The position numbers were made by a program, and so were the translations under genes. From the NCBI GenBank assembly GCA_045541795.1, contig JAZQJV010000010.1, positions 72,333-136,332 on the forward strand: a stretch of 64,000 bases of DNA, given 5' to 3'. Positions 28,040 to 37,453 of the stretch are shown one piece after another (the stretch's first letter is position 1; each line of letters begins with the position of its first letter). The stretch is from Patescibacteria group bacterium (lineage in GTDB: Bacteria; Patescibacteriota; Microgenomatia; UBA1400; PJMF01). The notes under the pieces are model-generated. The model was given only the letters and a program-made list of their open reading frames with translations, did no database searches and was not told the origin of the DNA.

Positions 28040-30460
28040 TTACTGCCCCTCGTGGCTGTCTCCAGGATTATCTCCTTCTGGATTTTGCGCGATTACCCGC
28101 CGGCAAACTTCACGCGGTACCGCCCCCTCTTTGAAATATTCCTCGCGACCACAATAAGCCACTTTCACAATCCCTGCCGGCACCTCAAAATGCGCCGGAT
28201 TTTCTGGATCTAAAAGCTGTAGCATAATTTTTTGCCACATTGGCGATGCACCCGTGATGCCAGAGGCGATGTAACTCATAGGCGTGTTGTTATTATTACC
28301 TACCCAAGTGCCTACCACGTAGTCATTAGTATAGCCAAAAGTCCAATTATCCCGCAAACTGTTGGTCGTCCCTGTTTTCACTGCCACCTCCTGACCAGGG
28401 ATATTGAGTACGCTATTGACGCCAAAAGCCGGCGCCCGGGCATCGTTGTCACTAAGGATACTATCTATTTGGTAAGCTGTTGCTGCTGACAAAGAACGGT
28501 GTTGACGGTTGGCACACTCGCCAAAAAGTGCACAGGTATTTTGGTAAATCGTCCGCCCTTTATAATCCAAAATCTCCAAAAACGGATCTTGTTCCACCGT
28601 CACACCAGCATTGGCAAAAGTAGAGTAGACACTCATCATATCGGTCATGCGCACTTCACCGCCACCTAGCGTCAGCGACAACCCAAACCGGCTCCTATCT
28701 TCCCAAGTAGTAATGCCCATTCTCTCCGCTTGATCAATCATGGCGTCCATACCGATCTCGTTGAGTACTTTGACTGCCGGGATATTATAAGAACAGCCCA
28801 ATGACTGGCGCAGCGTCACATTACCATGATAGCTGCCGTCATAATTTTTGGGCGCGTAAGACTGTCCCCACTGATTACGATAGACAATTGGCTGATCCAA
28901 AATGAGCGTCGCCGGCGTGAAACCGTTATATTCCATCGCCGTGGCATATGTCACCGGTTTGATAGATGAGCCCGGTTGACGCAGACGTGTGGTCACATTC
29001 ACCTGGCCATCGTTTTCAAAATCAAAATAATCACGTGAGCCTACCATCGCCAAAATCTCGCCAGTGCCAGGCTTGACCACCATCGCCGCACCATTAGATA
29101 CTCTCATCCCCGTCAGGCCGTCTACTTCTGCCGTCACGATCTTCTGGACCACATTTTGCAATTCCAGATCTAGTGACGTGCGCACCACCATCCCGCCAGT
29201 ATTGACCATGTCTTCGCCGTAAATATCCGCCAAAAGTGAACGTACATACATCACAAAATGCGGCGCCTCGATTTTCACCCGGCTCTTATTAAATACCAAT
29301 TCTTCCGCATCGGCCTGCGCTCGTTGCTCAGATGTAATATAGCCGTCTTCTTCCATCCGGCGCAGCACTTCGCTGCGGCGCTTGTACGAGCCTTCCAAGT
29401 CATTGGCATAAGGCGAGTAACGGCTCGGCGCCTGCGGCAGACCCGCCAAAAAAGCGCTTTCCGCCAACGTCAAATCCTTGGCATTTTTGCCAAAAAACGT
29501 CACTGCCGCCTGCTCCACACCGTATACCGGCCCACCGTAATTAACTTGATTAAGATACATTTCCAAAATTTGCTGTTTGGTGTAATTTTCCTCCACCAGT
29601 ACCGAAAGCACGACTTCCCGCATTTTGCGAATAAACGTTTTTTCCGGGCTCAAAAGGCGCTGCTTGACTAATTGTTGCGTAATGGTCGACGCACCCTGAG
29701 AAATCGTACCGCTTTCTTGATTGGCCAAAAAAGCCCGTACGATCGCCTTTAAATCAAAACCTTTATGTTCATAAAAAGTCCGGTCTTCAATCGCGATCGT
29801 TGCATTGATCAAATCTGGGGACACTTCGCTTAAAGCGATCGGGATCCGATTTTCATCCTCATAAATTTCAAAAAGCAAGTGATTATTCCGGTCCAAAATC
29901 TTTGTGGTCATGTTTTGTTTGCCGTATTCTAGCTGGCCAATATCTGGCAAATCCACAAATACATTTTGGTACAACCACCAAGAACCAAAAAGAATCCCAA
30001 AACTCACGCCAAAAGAAAACGTCGCCCAAAAAACCTGCACCCCTCGCCCCAACGTCCGGCGCAAGACCACACTTTCACGTCGCTTTTGGTAACGACGGAT
30101 CTTTTTAGGATTGGCGCGACGGATATGAGATTTTTTGTGAGCCAAATGATGACGGCTCATCAGCACCAGACGCCATTTTTCCCGCCAGACACGACGCCTG
30201 CGGAAATGCGTGCGCTGCGGCCACACCCAATAAAAACGGATACGCGCCCGCTGCTTAGGCACTGCTGGTCCCATCCAAAATAAATCATCTAAACGTAAAT
30301 GAGAGTCCACCACTGTCCGCCTAGCCTGGCGAGCGCGGATGTAAGCGATCAAATCGCGCCAGTCACGCTGGATTTGCTTTTGCGTCCACCACCAGCGTGC
30401 CAAAAGTTTTGCACTATAAGTTGCCATCTTTTGTCGCCAGTAGTTATAGTTCTTGTCCAT
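28040..30460 (-). CDS. Class A penicillin-binding protein (PBP1A-type bifunctional transglycosylase/transpeptidase) with long Arg/Trp-rich N-terminal extension
   Basis: GT51 motif ATIAIEDRTFYEHKGFD. Transpeptidase SSIKP (SxxK), SYN and KTGT motifs. About 150 aa of cytoplasmic R/W-rich sequence precedes the TM segment. Confidence 0.85.
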   Translation of the reverse strand: MDKNYNYWRQKMATYSAKLLARWWWTQKQIQRDWRDLIAYIRARQARRTVVDSHLRLDDLFWMGPAVPKQRARIRFYWVWPQRTHFRRRRVWREKWRLVLMSRHHLAHKKSHIRRANPKKIRRYQKRRESVVLRRTLGRGVQVFWATFSFGVSFGILFGSWWLYQNVFVDLPDIGQLEYGKQNMTTKILDRNNHLLFEIYEDENRIPIALSEVSPDLINATIAIEDRTFYEHKGFDLKAIVRAFLANQESGTISQGASTITQQLVKQRLLSPEKTFIRKMREVVLSVLVEENYTKQQILEMYLNQVNYGGPVYGVEQAAVTFFGKNAKDLTLAESAFLAGLPQAPSRYSPYANDLEGSYKRRSEVLRRMEEDGYITSEQRAQADAEELVFNKSRVKIEAPHFVMYVRSLLADIYGEDMVNTGGMVVRTSLDLELQNVVQKIVTAEVDGLTGMRVSNGAAMVVKPGTGEILAMVGSRDYFDFENDGQVNVTTRLRQPGSSIKPVTYATAMEYNGFTPATLILDQPIVYRNQWGQSYAPKNYDGSYHGNVTLRQSLGCSYNIPAVKVLNEIGMDAMIDQAERMGITTWEDRSRFGLSLTLGGGEVRMTDMMSVYSTFANAGVTVEQDPFLEILDYKGRTIYQNTCALFGECANRQHRSLSAATAYQIDSILSDNDARAPAFGVNSVLNIPGQEVAVKTGTTNSLRDNWTFGYTNDYVVGTWVGNNNNTPMSYIASGITGASPMWQKIMLQLLDPENPAHFEVPAGIVKVAYCGREEYFKEGAVPREVCRRVIAQNPEGDNPGDSHEGQ

Positions 30461-30577
30461 ATGCTATATTATACCACACTTTTTGGCATTTTATGGGGCA
30501 ATTTATAGCAAAATATATCAATTTTCACTTTTCTCGATCATAAATAACTATTTTTACCGGTGTATCGACAAAAATCT

Positions 30578-31495
30578 TCAAATCGCCACCTGCTTGCCCC
30601 AGCGTCTCGTCAAAAATCTAGTAGCCGCTAGTTTTTCTACCGGGGACCCATGACGCCACAGCCTCCAGGCTAGACGCAAAGTCCGCAGCTTTTCGCGCCA
30701 CTGGCCATAAGTAAAAAAGAAAAGAAGACGATTGCGCGTCTGGTAAAAAGTCTGTAAGTCACTACCGGCGCCGGCCGTAGAACTGCCGTTTTTGTGCCAA
30801 ATCACCGCCTCGGGCACCCAGCCGATCTGGAAACCATGAGCCACCAGCCGTCTGCTCAAATCACAATCCTCAAAGTAAAGAAAATAGCGTTCATCAAAAA
30901 CGCCCACACTTGCTAGGACTTCACGCCTGATCAAAAAACAGCAACCAGTGGCAAAATCCACCGTCTTTTCGAGAGAAAACTGTCCTCGATCTACCTCATC
31001 CACGCCGATATGCAGCGTCAACAAATTATTCCAGTCGATACTGCCACCCGCATACCAGATCACTTTGCCTTGATCTGCTTGAGCGTAACTGTCTTGATGG
31101 AACTCACAGCCGGGAGCAAAATACATCTTAGGCACAGCCACGCCCCAATCATGATGTCTGGCAAGCGCGCGATAAAGTCTCCCCAAAAATGGCGGATCTA
31201 TCAATGTATCTGAGTTAAGCAGCAAAAAGTAATCCGGATCAAAATCACGGCTAGCCGCCTCAAAGCCTAGATTATTGCCGCCCGTAAAACCCAAATTAGA
31301 GTCAGAACGCACAATCTGCACGTCATGGATAAATTTGTCATCTTTTTTGAGAGAAAACGGCTCTTTGGAGGCATTGTCCACCACGAACACTTTAACGCTC
31401 AAACCAGCATCATCAAGGCTATCCAGCGATGCCAAAGTCGCCCGCGTATCTTCATCGGTATTGTAATGGACTATAATAATCGCCACCTTATCCAT
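30578..31495 (-). CDS. Glycosyltransferase family 2 (WbbL/rhamnosyltransferase-like)
   Basis: VAIIIVHYNTDEDT, VVDNAS and LLLNSDTLI motifs. Confidence 0.7.
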   Translation of the reverse strand: MDKVAIIIVHYNTDEDTRATLASLDSLDDAGLSVKVFVVDNASKEPFSLKKDDKFIHDVQIVRSDSNLGFTGGNNLGFEAASRDFDPDYFLLLNSDTLIDPPFLGRLYRALARHHDWGVAVPKMYFAPGCEFHQDSYAQADQGKVIWYAGGSIDWNNLLTLHIGVDEVDRGQFSLEKTVDFATGCCFLIRREVLASVGVFDERYFLYFEDCDLSRRLVAHGFQIGWVPEAVIWHKNGSSTAGAGSDLQTFYQTRNRLLFFFTYGQWREKLRTLRLAWRLWRHGSPVEKLAATRFLTRRWGKQVAI

Positions 31496-31503
31496 TTTGC
31501 CCT

Positions 31504-32790
31504 CTAAGCCTTCATTTTCGGCCTTATTTCTTCAAAACCGACATACGGCACTAATACTTCCGGCACCCGGATACTACCATCTTCTTGCTGATAGTTTTCG
31601 ATGATACAGGCCAGCAGGCGCGGCGATGCTGCCATGGTGTTATTGAGCGTGTAGACAAATTTAGTCTGACCGTCACGGTCTTTATAGCGGATACCCAGGC
31701 GGATCGCTTGGAAATCATTAAAGTAACTGGCCGAATGCGTCTCACGATAACGGTCTTGACCCGGAAACCAGCTTTCAATGTCGTATTTTTTGCGCTGGCC
31801 AGCCCCAATGTCTCCCGTACACATGAGCAATACCTGATAAGCAATGCCGAGATTTTGCAGTAATTTTTCCGAATAACCCAGCATCTTTTGGTGCCAACGG
31901 CGAGTTTCCTCTTCATCAGCCACCGTATAAACTACTTGCTCGATCTTATTAAATTGATGTACCCGCACAATTCCCTGGGTATCCTTACCATAAGTGCCCA
32001 CTTCCCGGCGGAAACAAGGCGAAATACCCGCCATCTTGATCGGCAAATCCTTATAACTAAGTGTCTCACCTTGATAATAACTCGTCAGTGCCACCTCAGC
32101 CGTACCCGCCAAAATTTGCTCATCTTGAGTGTAGTAATGATCTTGTTGCCCCCATGGGAAATAGCCGGTGCCCACCATCGCCTCACGATGGACGAGTGAC
32201 GGCGCGCTCATCGGCGTAAAACCTTCTTTTACCAGCAATCCCAAGGCATAATTAAGCAACGCTTGTTCCAGCAGTACGGCTTCATTTTTGAGCATATAAG
32301 TGCGGAAACCGCCAATTTTCACGGCCCGTTTGGTATCCAGCAAATCAAGTGCTTCCATCAGTTCGCCGTGCGCTTTCGGTTTGAAAGTAAAATTTGGTTT
32401 CGTCCCTTCCTGGCGAACCACTTGGTTACCGCTTTCATCTGGACCCACCGGCACATCATCAGCCGGTACATTGGGGATCGCCAAACTCGCTTCATCCAGC
32501 TGCGACTTTGCCGCTGCTAGCTGTTCTTCTAATTGCTTGAGTTGAGTCTTAAGCTGCTTCCCCCTGGCCACGAGTTCTGGCGACGGTTTTTTATTATCTT
32601 GAACTTGTGCCTTTATTTCATCTACATTTTGATTGATAGATGAGCGTAATTTCTCAGTTTGAGTAAGAATTGTCCTCCAATTCTTATCGGCTTTCAACCA
32701 CTCATCCACGACTACGGGATCAAGTTGTTTATTGCTCGCCGCCCGGCGGACAAGATCTGGATTTTCACGGATAAATTCACTTTTAAGCAT
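31504..32790 (-). CDS. serS: Seryl-tRNA synthetase
   Basis: N-terminal coiled-coil arm. Class II motifs GISPCFRREVG and RETHSASYFNDFQAIRLGIRYKD. Confidence 0.9.
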   Translation of the reverse strand: MLKSEFIRENPDLVRRAASNKQLDPVVVDEWLKADKNWRTILTQTEKLRSSINQNVDEIKAQVQDNKKPSPELVARGKQLKTQLKQLEEQLAAAKSQLDEASLAIPNVPADDVPVGPDESGNQVVRQEGTKPNFTFKPKAHGELMEALDLLDTKRAVKIGGFRTYMLKNEAVLLEQALLNYALGLLVKEGFTPMSAPSLVHREAMVGTGYFPWGQQDHYYTQDEQILAGTAEVALTSYYQGETLSYKDLPIKMAGISPCFRREVGTYGKDTQGIVRVHQFNKIEQVVYTVADEEETRRWHQKMLGYSEKLLQNLGIAYQVLLMCTGDIGAGQRKKYDIESWFPGQDRYRETHSASYFNDFQAIRLGIRYKDRDGQTKFVYTLNNTMAASPRLLACIIENYQQEDGSIRVPEVLVPYVGFEEIRPKMKA

Positions 32791-34270
32791 TTTGCTCCTT
32801 TGGCATGTCCTTAGTAGCTTTGAGAGTGGGGAAGGCGATCACTTCTTTGATCGACCAAGTATTGGTCAAAAGCATCACTAGCCGGTCTATGCCCAGGCCA
32901 ACTCCGCCCAAGGGCGGCATCCCGTATTCCATCGCTTCCAAAAAATCTTCATCATAAGGCTGAGCTTCATCATCGCCAGCACGCATCCGCTTCTGCTCAT
33001 TTTCAAAACGAGAGCGTTGCTCCAGCGGATCAGTAATCTCGCTCCAGCCGTCAGAAATTTCCTTACCGCCGATATAAAGTTCATAACGTTCTGTGAGTTC
33101 TGGATTATCACGATGAGTTTTCGCCAGTGGCGAGACGTCTTTGGGATAATCAATGATCCAGGTGGGTTCGATCAAAAGCTTAGTCACCAGATGATCAAAA
33201 AGCGAAAACACGGCCTTGCCGCGGCTAAAACCGCCCACCGGAGACAAATTGTTATCATCCAACCATTGTTGCAGCTCGTCATCGGTCATTTGATCTACAT
33301 CCAAGCCGACGCATTCCAAAAGCGCCGTCTTCATGGTCATTTTTTTCCAGGGCTGCTCACCGTCGAGTTCCACTTGCTGCTCGCCGATCATTAGAGTAGG
33401 GGAGTCATTGATTTGGCGATGCAGATAGCGGATCAACCCTTCCACCTCACTCATCATCACCGTATAATCAGACCAGGCATGATACCACTCGATCATCGTA
33501 AATTCTGGCAAATGAGTTTGATCAATCCCTTCATTACGGAAATTACGTGCAATCTCAAAAACCTTCTCCATTCCGCCCACAATTAATCTTTTGAGGTATA
33601 ATTCAGGAGCGATACGCAAATAAAATAATTCATCATCCAAGGCCTTCATGTGTGTCACAAACGGCCTCGCATTGGTACCGCCATATAAAGGCTGCAATAT
33701 CGGCGTTTCTACCTCTGTATAGCCGAGATTATCTTGTAAATAAGTACGCACACCTTTGATGATCTGCCAGCGTTTTTGTAAAATCCCCCAAGACTTACTA
33801 TTGATCAAAAGATCCAAATAGCGCTGACGGAAACGGCTTTCTTTATCAGAAGCATTATTAAATGCCGACGGCAAAGGCCGCAATGCCTTACCTAAAAACT
33901 CTGTCTGCTGGGCGATGATTGTCACCTCGCCAGTGCGCGTTTTTTCGACCTTACCCGCCACACCCAAAAAATCACCAGGATCAGCCAGTTCGAGGATTTT
34001 ATATGCCTCACTGCCCAACCTATCCACATGACACATTACCTGGATCTTGGCTGATTCATCGCCTAAATCTAAAAAAATCACTTTGCCGTGTTCACGCAAA
34101 GCGAAAATCCGGCCGGCCGTGCGCACCAGCGTCTCAGTGTCAAGCAGTTCCCGACACTGTGCAACCGTGTGAGTTTTATCAAAAATATATGGACTAACAT
34201 TGACCCCTAATGACTCCAGCTCTTCCCGCTTCGCTTTCTTTGCACTGATTGTTTGCTCTATTCTCGACAT
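32783..34270 (-). CDS. lysS: Lysyl-tRNA synthetase, class II
   Basis: OB-fold N-domain, then EVETPILQP...ARPFVTH...FYLRIAPELYLKRL...FRNEGID and GIDRLVMLLT. Confidence 0.9.
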   Translation of the reverse strand: MSRIEQTISAKKAKREELESLGVNVSPYIFDKTHTVAQCRELLDTETLVRTAGRIFALREHGKVIFLDLGDESAKIQVMCHVDRLGSEAYKILELADPGDFLGVAGKVEKTRTGEVTIIAQQTEFLGKALRPLPSAFNNASDKESRFRQRYLDLLINSKSWGILQKRWQIIKGVRTYLQDNLGYTEVETPILQPLYGGTNARPFVTHMKALDDELFYLRIAPELYLKRLIVGGMEKVFEIARNFRNEGIDQTHLPEFTMIEWYHAWSDYTVMMSEVEGLIRYLHRQINDSPTLMIGEQQVELDGEQPWKKMTMKTALLECVGLDVDQMTDDELQQWLDDNNLSPVGGFSRGKAVFSLFDHLVTKLLIEPTWIIDYPKDVSPLAKTHRDNPELTERYELYIGGKEISDGWSEITDPLEQRSRFENEQKRMRAGDDEAQPYDEDFLEAMEYGMPPLGGVGLGIDRLVMLLTNTWSIKEVIAFPTLKATKDMPKEQNA

Positions 34271-34358
34271 CTTAAATGCCCCTCAATTCTCAAATTTTCG
34301 TATTTTCTTCGCCTTTTTTACGGATTATTTTCGTATTTATTACGGAAATATTTCGGTT

Positions 34359-34844
34359 TTAATCATTACTGAAATCAACGATTTCAAATTCTCGCACTCC
34401 GGCTGGCGTCTCCACACTGATGGTGGCTTTACCACTTTTCCCCATCAGAGCTTTACCAATTGGTGACACGGCGGAAATCGTATCTCCAGTAGCGGCCGAC
34501 TTATCGTATTCGGCAATAATGGTATAGGTAGCTTTATTGCCGCCTTTTGCCTTGAGCGTCACTTTAGAACCGATACGGATCGCATTTTCGTCTTCTTCTT
34601 CATCCACGATCTGCGCACTACCCAAAATCTTATTGATCTCACCAATGCGGACTTCCAAAAATTCCTGTTGATCTTTCGCGTCTTTATACTCACTATTTTC
34701 AGACAAATCACCTTGTTCACGCGCGTGAGCGATCCGCTCTACCACTGCTGGCAGTTGCACTTCTTCTAGATCATGCAACTCGGCGATCAAATTGTCATAG
34801 CTTTTTTTTGAGAGTTGAGTTTTTTTCGTTTGTTTTGCTTTCAT
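34359..34844 (-). CDS. greA: Transcription elongation factor GreA
   Basis: LSENSEYKDAKDQQEFLEVRIGEINKIL motif and C-terminal FKBP-like domain. Confidence 0.9.
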   Translation of the reverse strand: MKAKQTKKTQLSKKSYDNLIAELHDLEEVQLPAVVERIAHAREQGDLSENSEYKDAKDQQEFLEVRIGEINKILGSAQIVDEEEDENAIRIGSKVTLKAKGGNKATYTIIAEYDKSAATGDTISAVSPIGKALMGKSGKATISVETPAGVREFEIVDFSND

Positions 34845-34899
34845 AAGACCTCTATTATACCACCAAAAAAGGCATTTTTCCCGGGCAATTTTTGGCTCG

Positions 34900-34928
34900 T
34901 TGTCCTTGACAAGGTTTCATTTTTGAGC
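34900..34928 (+). promoter_or_regulatory. Promoter TTGACA, 17-nt spacer, TAAAAT upstream of the 34941 gene
   Basis: TTGACA at 34900-34905; TAAAAT at 34923-34928. Confidence 0.45.
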
Positions 34929-34940
34929 TAAAATGGAAAT

Positions 34941-35726
34941 ATGAAGACCCAAAAAGGACGACAACCGGCACAAATCGGGATGACTACTGTCCTTTTATCG
35001 GTAATCCTTCTTTTTATCGGGATCTCAGTTTCTTGGCGGATCATCCAGCAAACTCGCCAGGAACTAACCCGCATGGAATCCACTACTGCGCTCAACGTGG
35101 CGGAAAATATCGCCAATATTGAAGGTAGGGACACAGATAAAGAAAGTGGTCTTGGCAGCAACAGCGCTGTCAAATATATCGCCGCCACCGAAGATATGGT
35201 GTACATGAAAAAGGGAGAAACGATTACCGTAATTATTGATGACCAAAATGTTAGTGGCGGTATTCTCATATCAGGGCACTTACCAAATATTTATTACGGC
35301 CAACCAGGTATTTCGCCCAAACTTTTAATTAGAAGAATTAGATCGTGCTATAACAATGCCACTAGCAAAGACCTTCTTTCAACGAGTGTGCAGCAAGTGT
35401 ATGGACCTCCTGGTAGTTTTTCTTGTTCTGGCAGCACTAGTGGTATGTGTGGGAATGGTTTTACCAACTACTATCAACCTACTGCACTCGACGTCAAAGC
35501 TCCAGGGTATGAATCAAGCAGTTGCCCTTATCGTGAAGACCGTGTCGTCATCATGATGCTCGAAGCCGACTCTTACATCGGCATGAAAGGTCTCGCCCGC
35601 CATTACCGTGCCGCCTCTTACTCCAGCGAAAATGAAGCCCGTATCATCGAGCAAGCTGAAACCGATCCCTCTGCTCCCGGGCTTTTCCAATTCGGCATTT
35701 TGGTCAACGGTGACATTAGTTATTAA
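34941..35726 (+). CDS. Hypothetical N-terminally anchored protein, possibly pilin/pseudopilin-like (non-canonical)
   Basis: 261 aa. The N-terminus KGRQPAQIG/MTTVLLSVILLFIGISVSW resembles a prepilin leader plus hydrophobic helix but lacks the Glu at +5. It lies directly upstream of pilM/N/O. Confidence 0.4.
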   Translation: MKTQKGRQPAQIGMTTVLLSVILLFIGISVSWRIIQQTRQELTRMESTTALNVAENIANIEGRDTDKESGLGSNSAVKYIAATEDMVYMKKGETITVIIDDQNVSGGILISGHLPNIYYGQPGISPKLLIRRIRSCYNNATSKDLLSTSVQQVYGPPGSFSCSGSTSGMCGNGFTNYYQPTALDVKAPGYESSSCPYREDRVVIMMLEADSYIGMKGLARHYRAASYSSENEARIIEQAETDPSAPGLFQFGILVNGDISY

Positions 35727-35759
35727 GGAAGAAAAACTAAACAACACAAGGAAAAAATT

Positions 35760-36818
35760 ATGCCAAATCAACCAAAAATATCAATGCCTCGTCTATCAAA
35801 TAAGTCCCAGATCCCCGTGGTAGCCGTAGATCTTGGCAGCAATCTCATAAAAATTGCTGTCACCGGCTCACAAGGAGAAATCGTACAAACTCTCACTGCT
35901 GTCAACACCCTCGGCTACACTGTCCCTTCCAAAACTACCCAGATAGAACCGCTCGCCGCCATGCTCAAAGATATTTTTGACACCAATCACTTGCCAAAAA
36001 CCAATCTCGCTCTGGCCATGCCGGAGCAATTCGTCTCCACTCAAGTGATCTCTATCCCCACTCTCACCGATTCGGAGCTTGCTTCCTCTATCAACTGGCA
36101 GGCCCAACAATACATCCCGATCCCAGCCGAGCAACTCGTACTCAATTACCAGGTCCTTTTCCGCCCTGAAAAAAAAGATGCCGCCACCCAAGAAATGCGG
36201 ATCCTACTGGCGGGTCTCAAAAAAGACGACTTTGACAATCTCACCGCCACTTACAAGCAAGCAGGACTCGAACCAACAGTGCTCGAGACCGAAAGCATTT
36301 CTATCCTCCGTCACTTACCAGGCGACCTCGCTCCCGATTCCTCTAGCATGATCCTCAACTTTGGCGCCGGCGGGATAGACATCGTGATCGTGCGCGGCAG
36401 CGAAATTGCCATGGCTATTTCGCACCAGACAGGCAGTCTCATGATCACCAGAGCACTCATGAATACCTTCAATCTCACCTATGACAAAGCCGAAGAATAC
36501 AAAAAAGCTTACGGTCTTGACGCCAGACAAGCTGAGGGCAAAATCGCCCAAGCCATCGTTCCCATCATCCAGACAATTTTGGGTGACATCAAAAATACGC
36601 TCACTTTTTATAATCAAAAAAATCCTGCACAAGCGATCAATCGCATCTTTTTAGGCGGCGGCGGTTCGCAAATGCCTGGCTTCCCCGAATTACTCGCTGC
36701 CAACCTCAACCTTGAAATTAGAGCCTTAAATGTATTTGACGGCCTCACCGGCGAAATCCCAGCCGAAAACCAATTAATCCACACCATCACTAGTGGCTTG
36801 ATCAAAAGAAAGCAGTAA
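35760..36818 (+). CDS. pilM: Type IV pilus assembly protein PilM (actin-like ATPase fold)
   Basis: IPVVAVDLGSNLIKIAV, ILNFGAGGIDIVIV and IFLGGGGSQMPGF motifs. A good SD (AAGGAA) lies 8 nt upstream. Confidence 0.75.
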   Translation: MPNQPKISMPRLSNKSQIPVVAVDLGSNLIKIAVTGSQGEIVQTLTAVNTLGYTVPSKTTQIEPLAAMLKDIFDTNHLPKTNLALAMPEQFVSTQVISIPTLTDSELASSINWQAQQYIPIPAEQLVLNYQVLFRPEKKDAATQEMRILLAGLKKDDFDNLTATYKQAGLEPTVLETESISILRHLPGDLAPDSSSMILNFGAGGIDIVIVRGSEIAMAISHQTGSLMITRALMNTFNLTYDKAEEYKKAYGLDARQAEGKIAQAIVPIIQTILGDIKNTLTFYNQKNPAQAINRIFLGGGGSQMPGFPELLAANLNLEIRALNVFDGLTGEIPAENQLIHTITSGLIKRKQ

Positions 36819-37453
36819 TGTCTGATATTAATTTTCTAGCTAAACAGCAAGAAATTCATGAATCTCGGGTAGAAGTGGATCGCAAAGCCACTTGGTGGTT
36901 AATCGCCCTGATCGCCGTCACCGCTATAGTCTGGGGCACGGCTTGGGGCTTCAATTATTATTTCCGCACGCGCATTACCAGCGCCAATAAGCAAACTGAG
37001 CAAATCAAAGCCGCTATCGCGGCCAACGCCAACAGCGAGCAAGAATACCTAAACTTTTACGAAAAAATCGAGCGCTTGCGCGAGTTGCTTGATTTACGTC
37101 AGGGCGGTACTGATTCCATCGTCTACACATACGCTTATTTTGGTCAAAATCCCGCCCACAATAGCACTCTCATTAGTACTTCATATGAGTATAATTCCAA
37201 AGAACTGCAAGTAGTAATCGGCTGTAGCAATGTTTTTTGCGTCTCAGACATCCTCAAGCTCATCAATAATGATAATTTCCAAAAAACCTACCCTCAGCAC
37301 CTGATCGCCGGGTTATCGCGTACAGATACCGGCAGCTATCAAATCACTTTGAATATCACTCTGCAGGGGGGGGTAATACAAGACACCACAGACGATCAAG
37401 CGAAGGAGGAGGGACTTAGCGATTATTCACAAGAATTTGTCGGAGACACTTGA
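36818..37453 (+). CDS. pilN: PilN-like type IV pilus assembly protein
   Basis: Begins MSDINFLAKQQ (compare the INLLP motif), followed by a single TM segment and a coiled coil. Its ATG overlaps the pilM stop. Confidence 0.55.
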   Translation: MSDINFLAKQQEIHESRVEVDRKATWWLIALIAVTAIVWGTAWGFNYYFRTRITSANKQTEQIKAAIAANANSEQEYLNFYEKIERLRELLDLRQGGTDSIVYTYAYFGQNPAHNSTLISTSYEYNSKELQVVIGCSNVFCVSDILKLINNDNFQKTYPQHLIAGLSRTDTGSYQITLNITLQGGVIQDTTDDQAKEEGLSDYSQEFVGDT

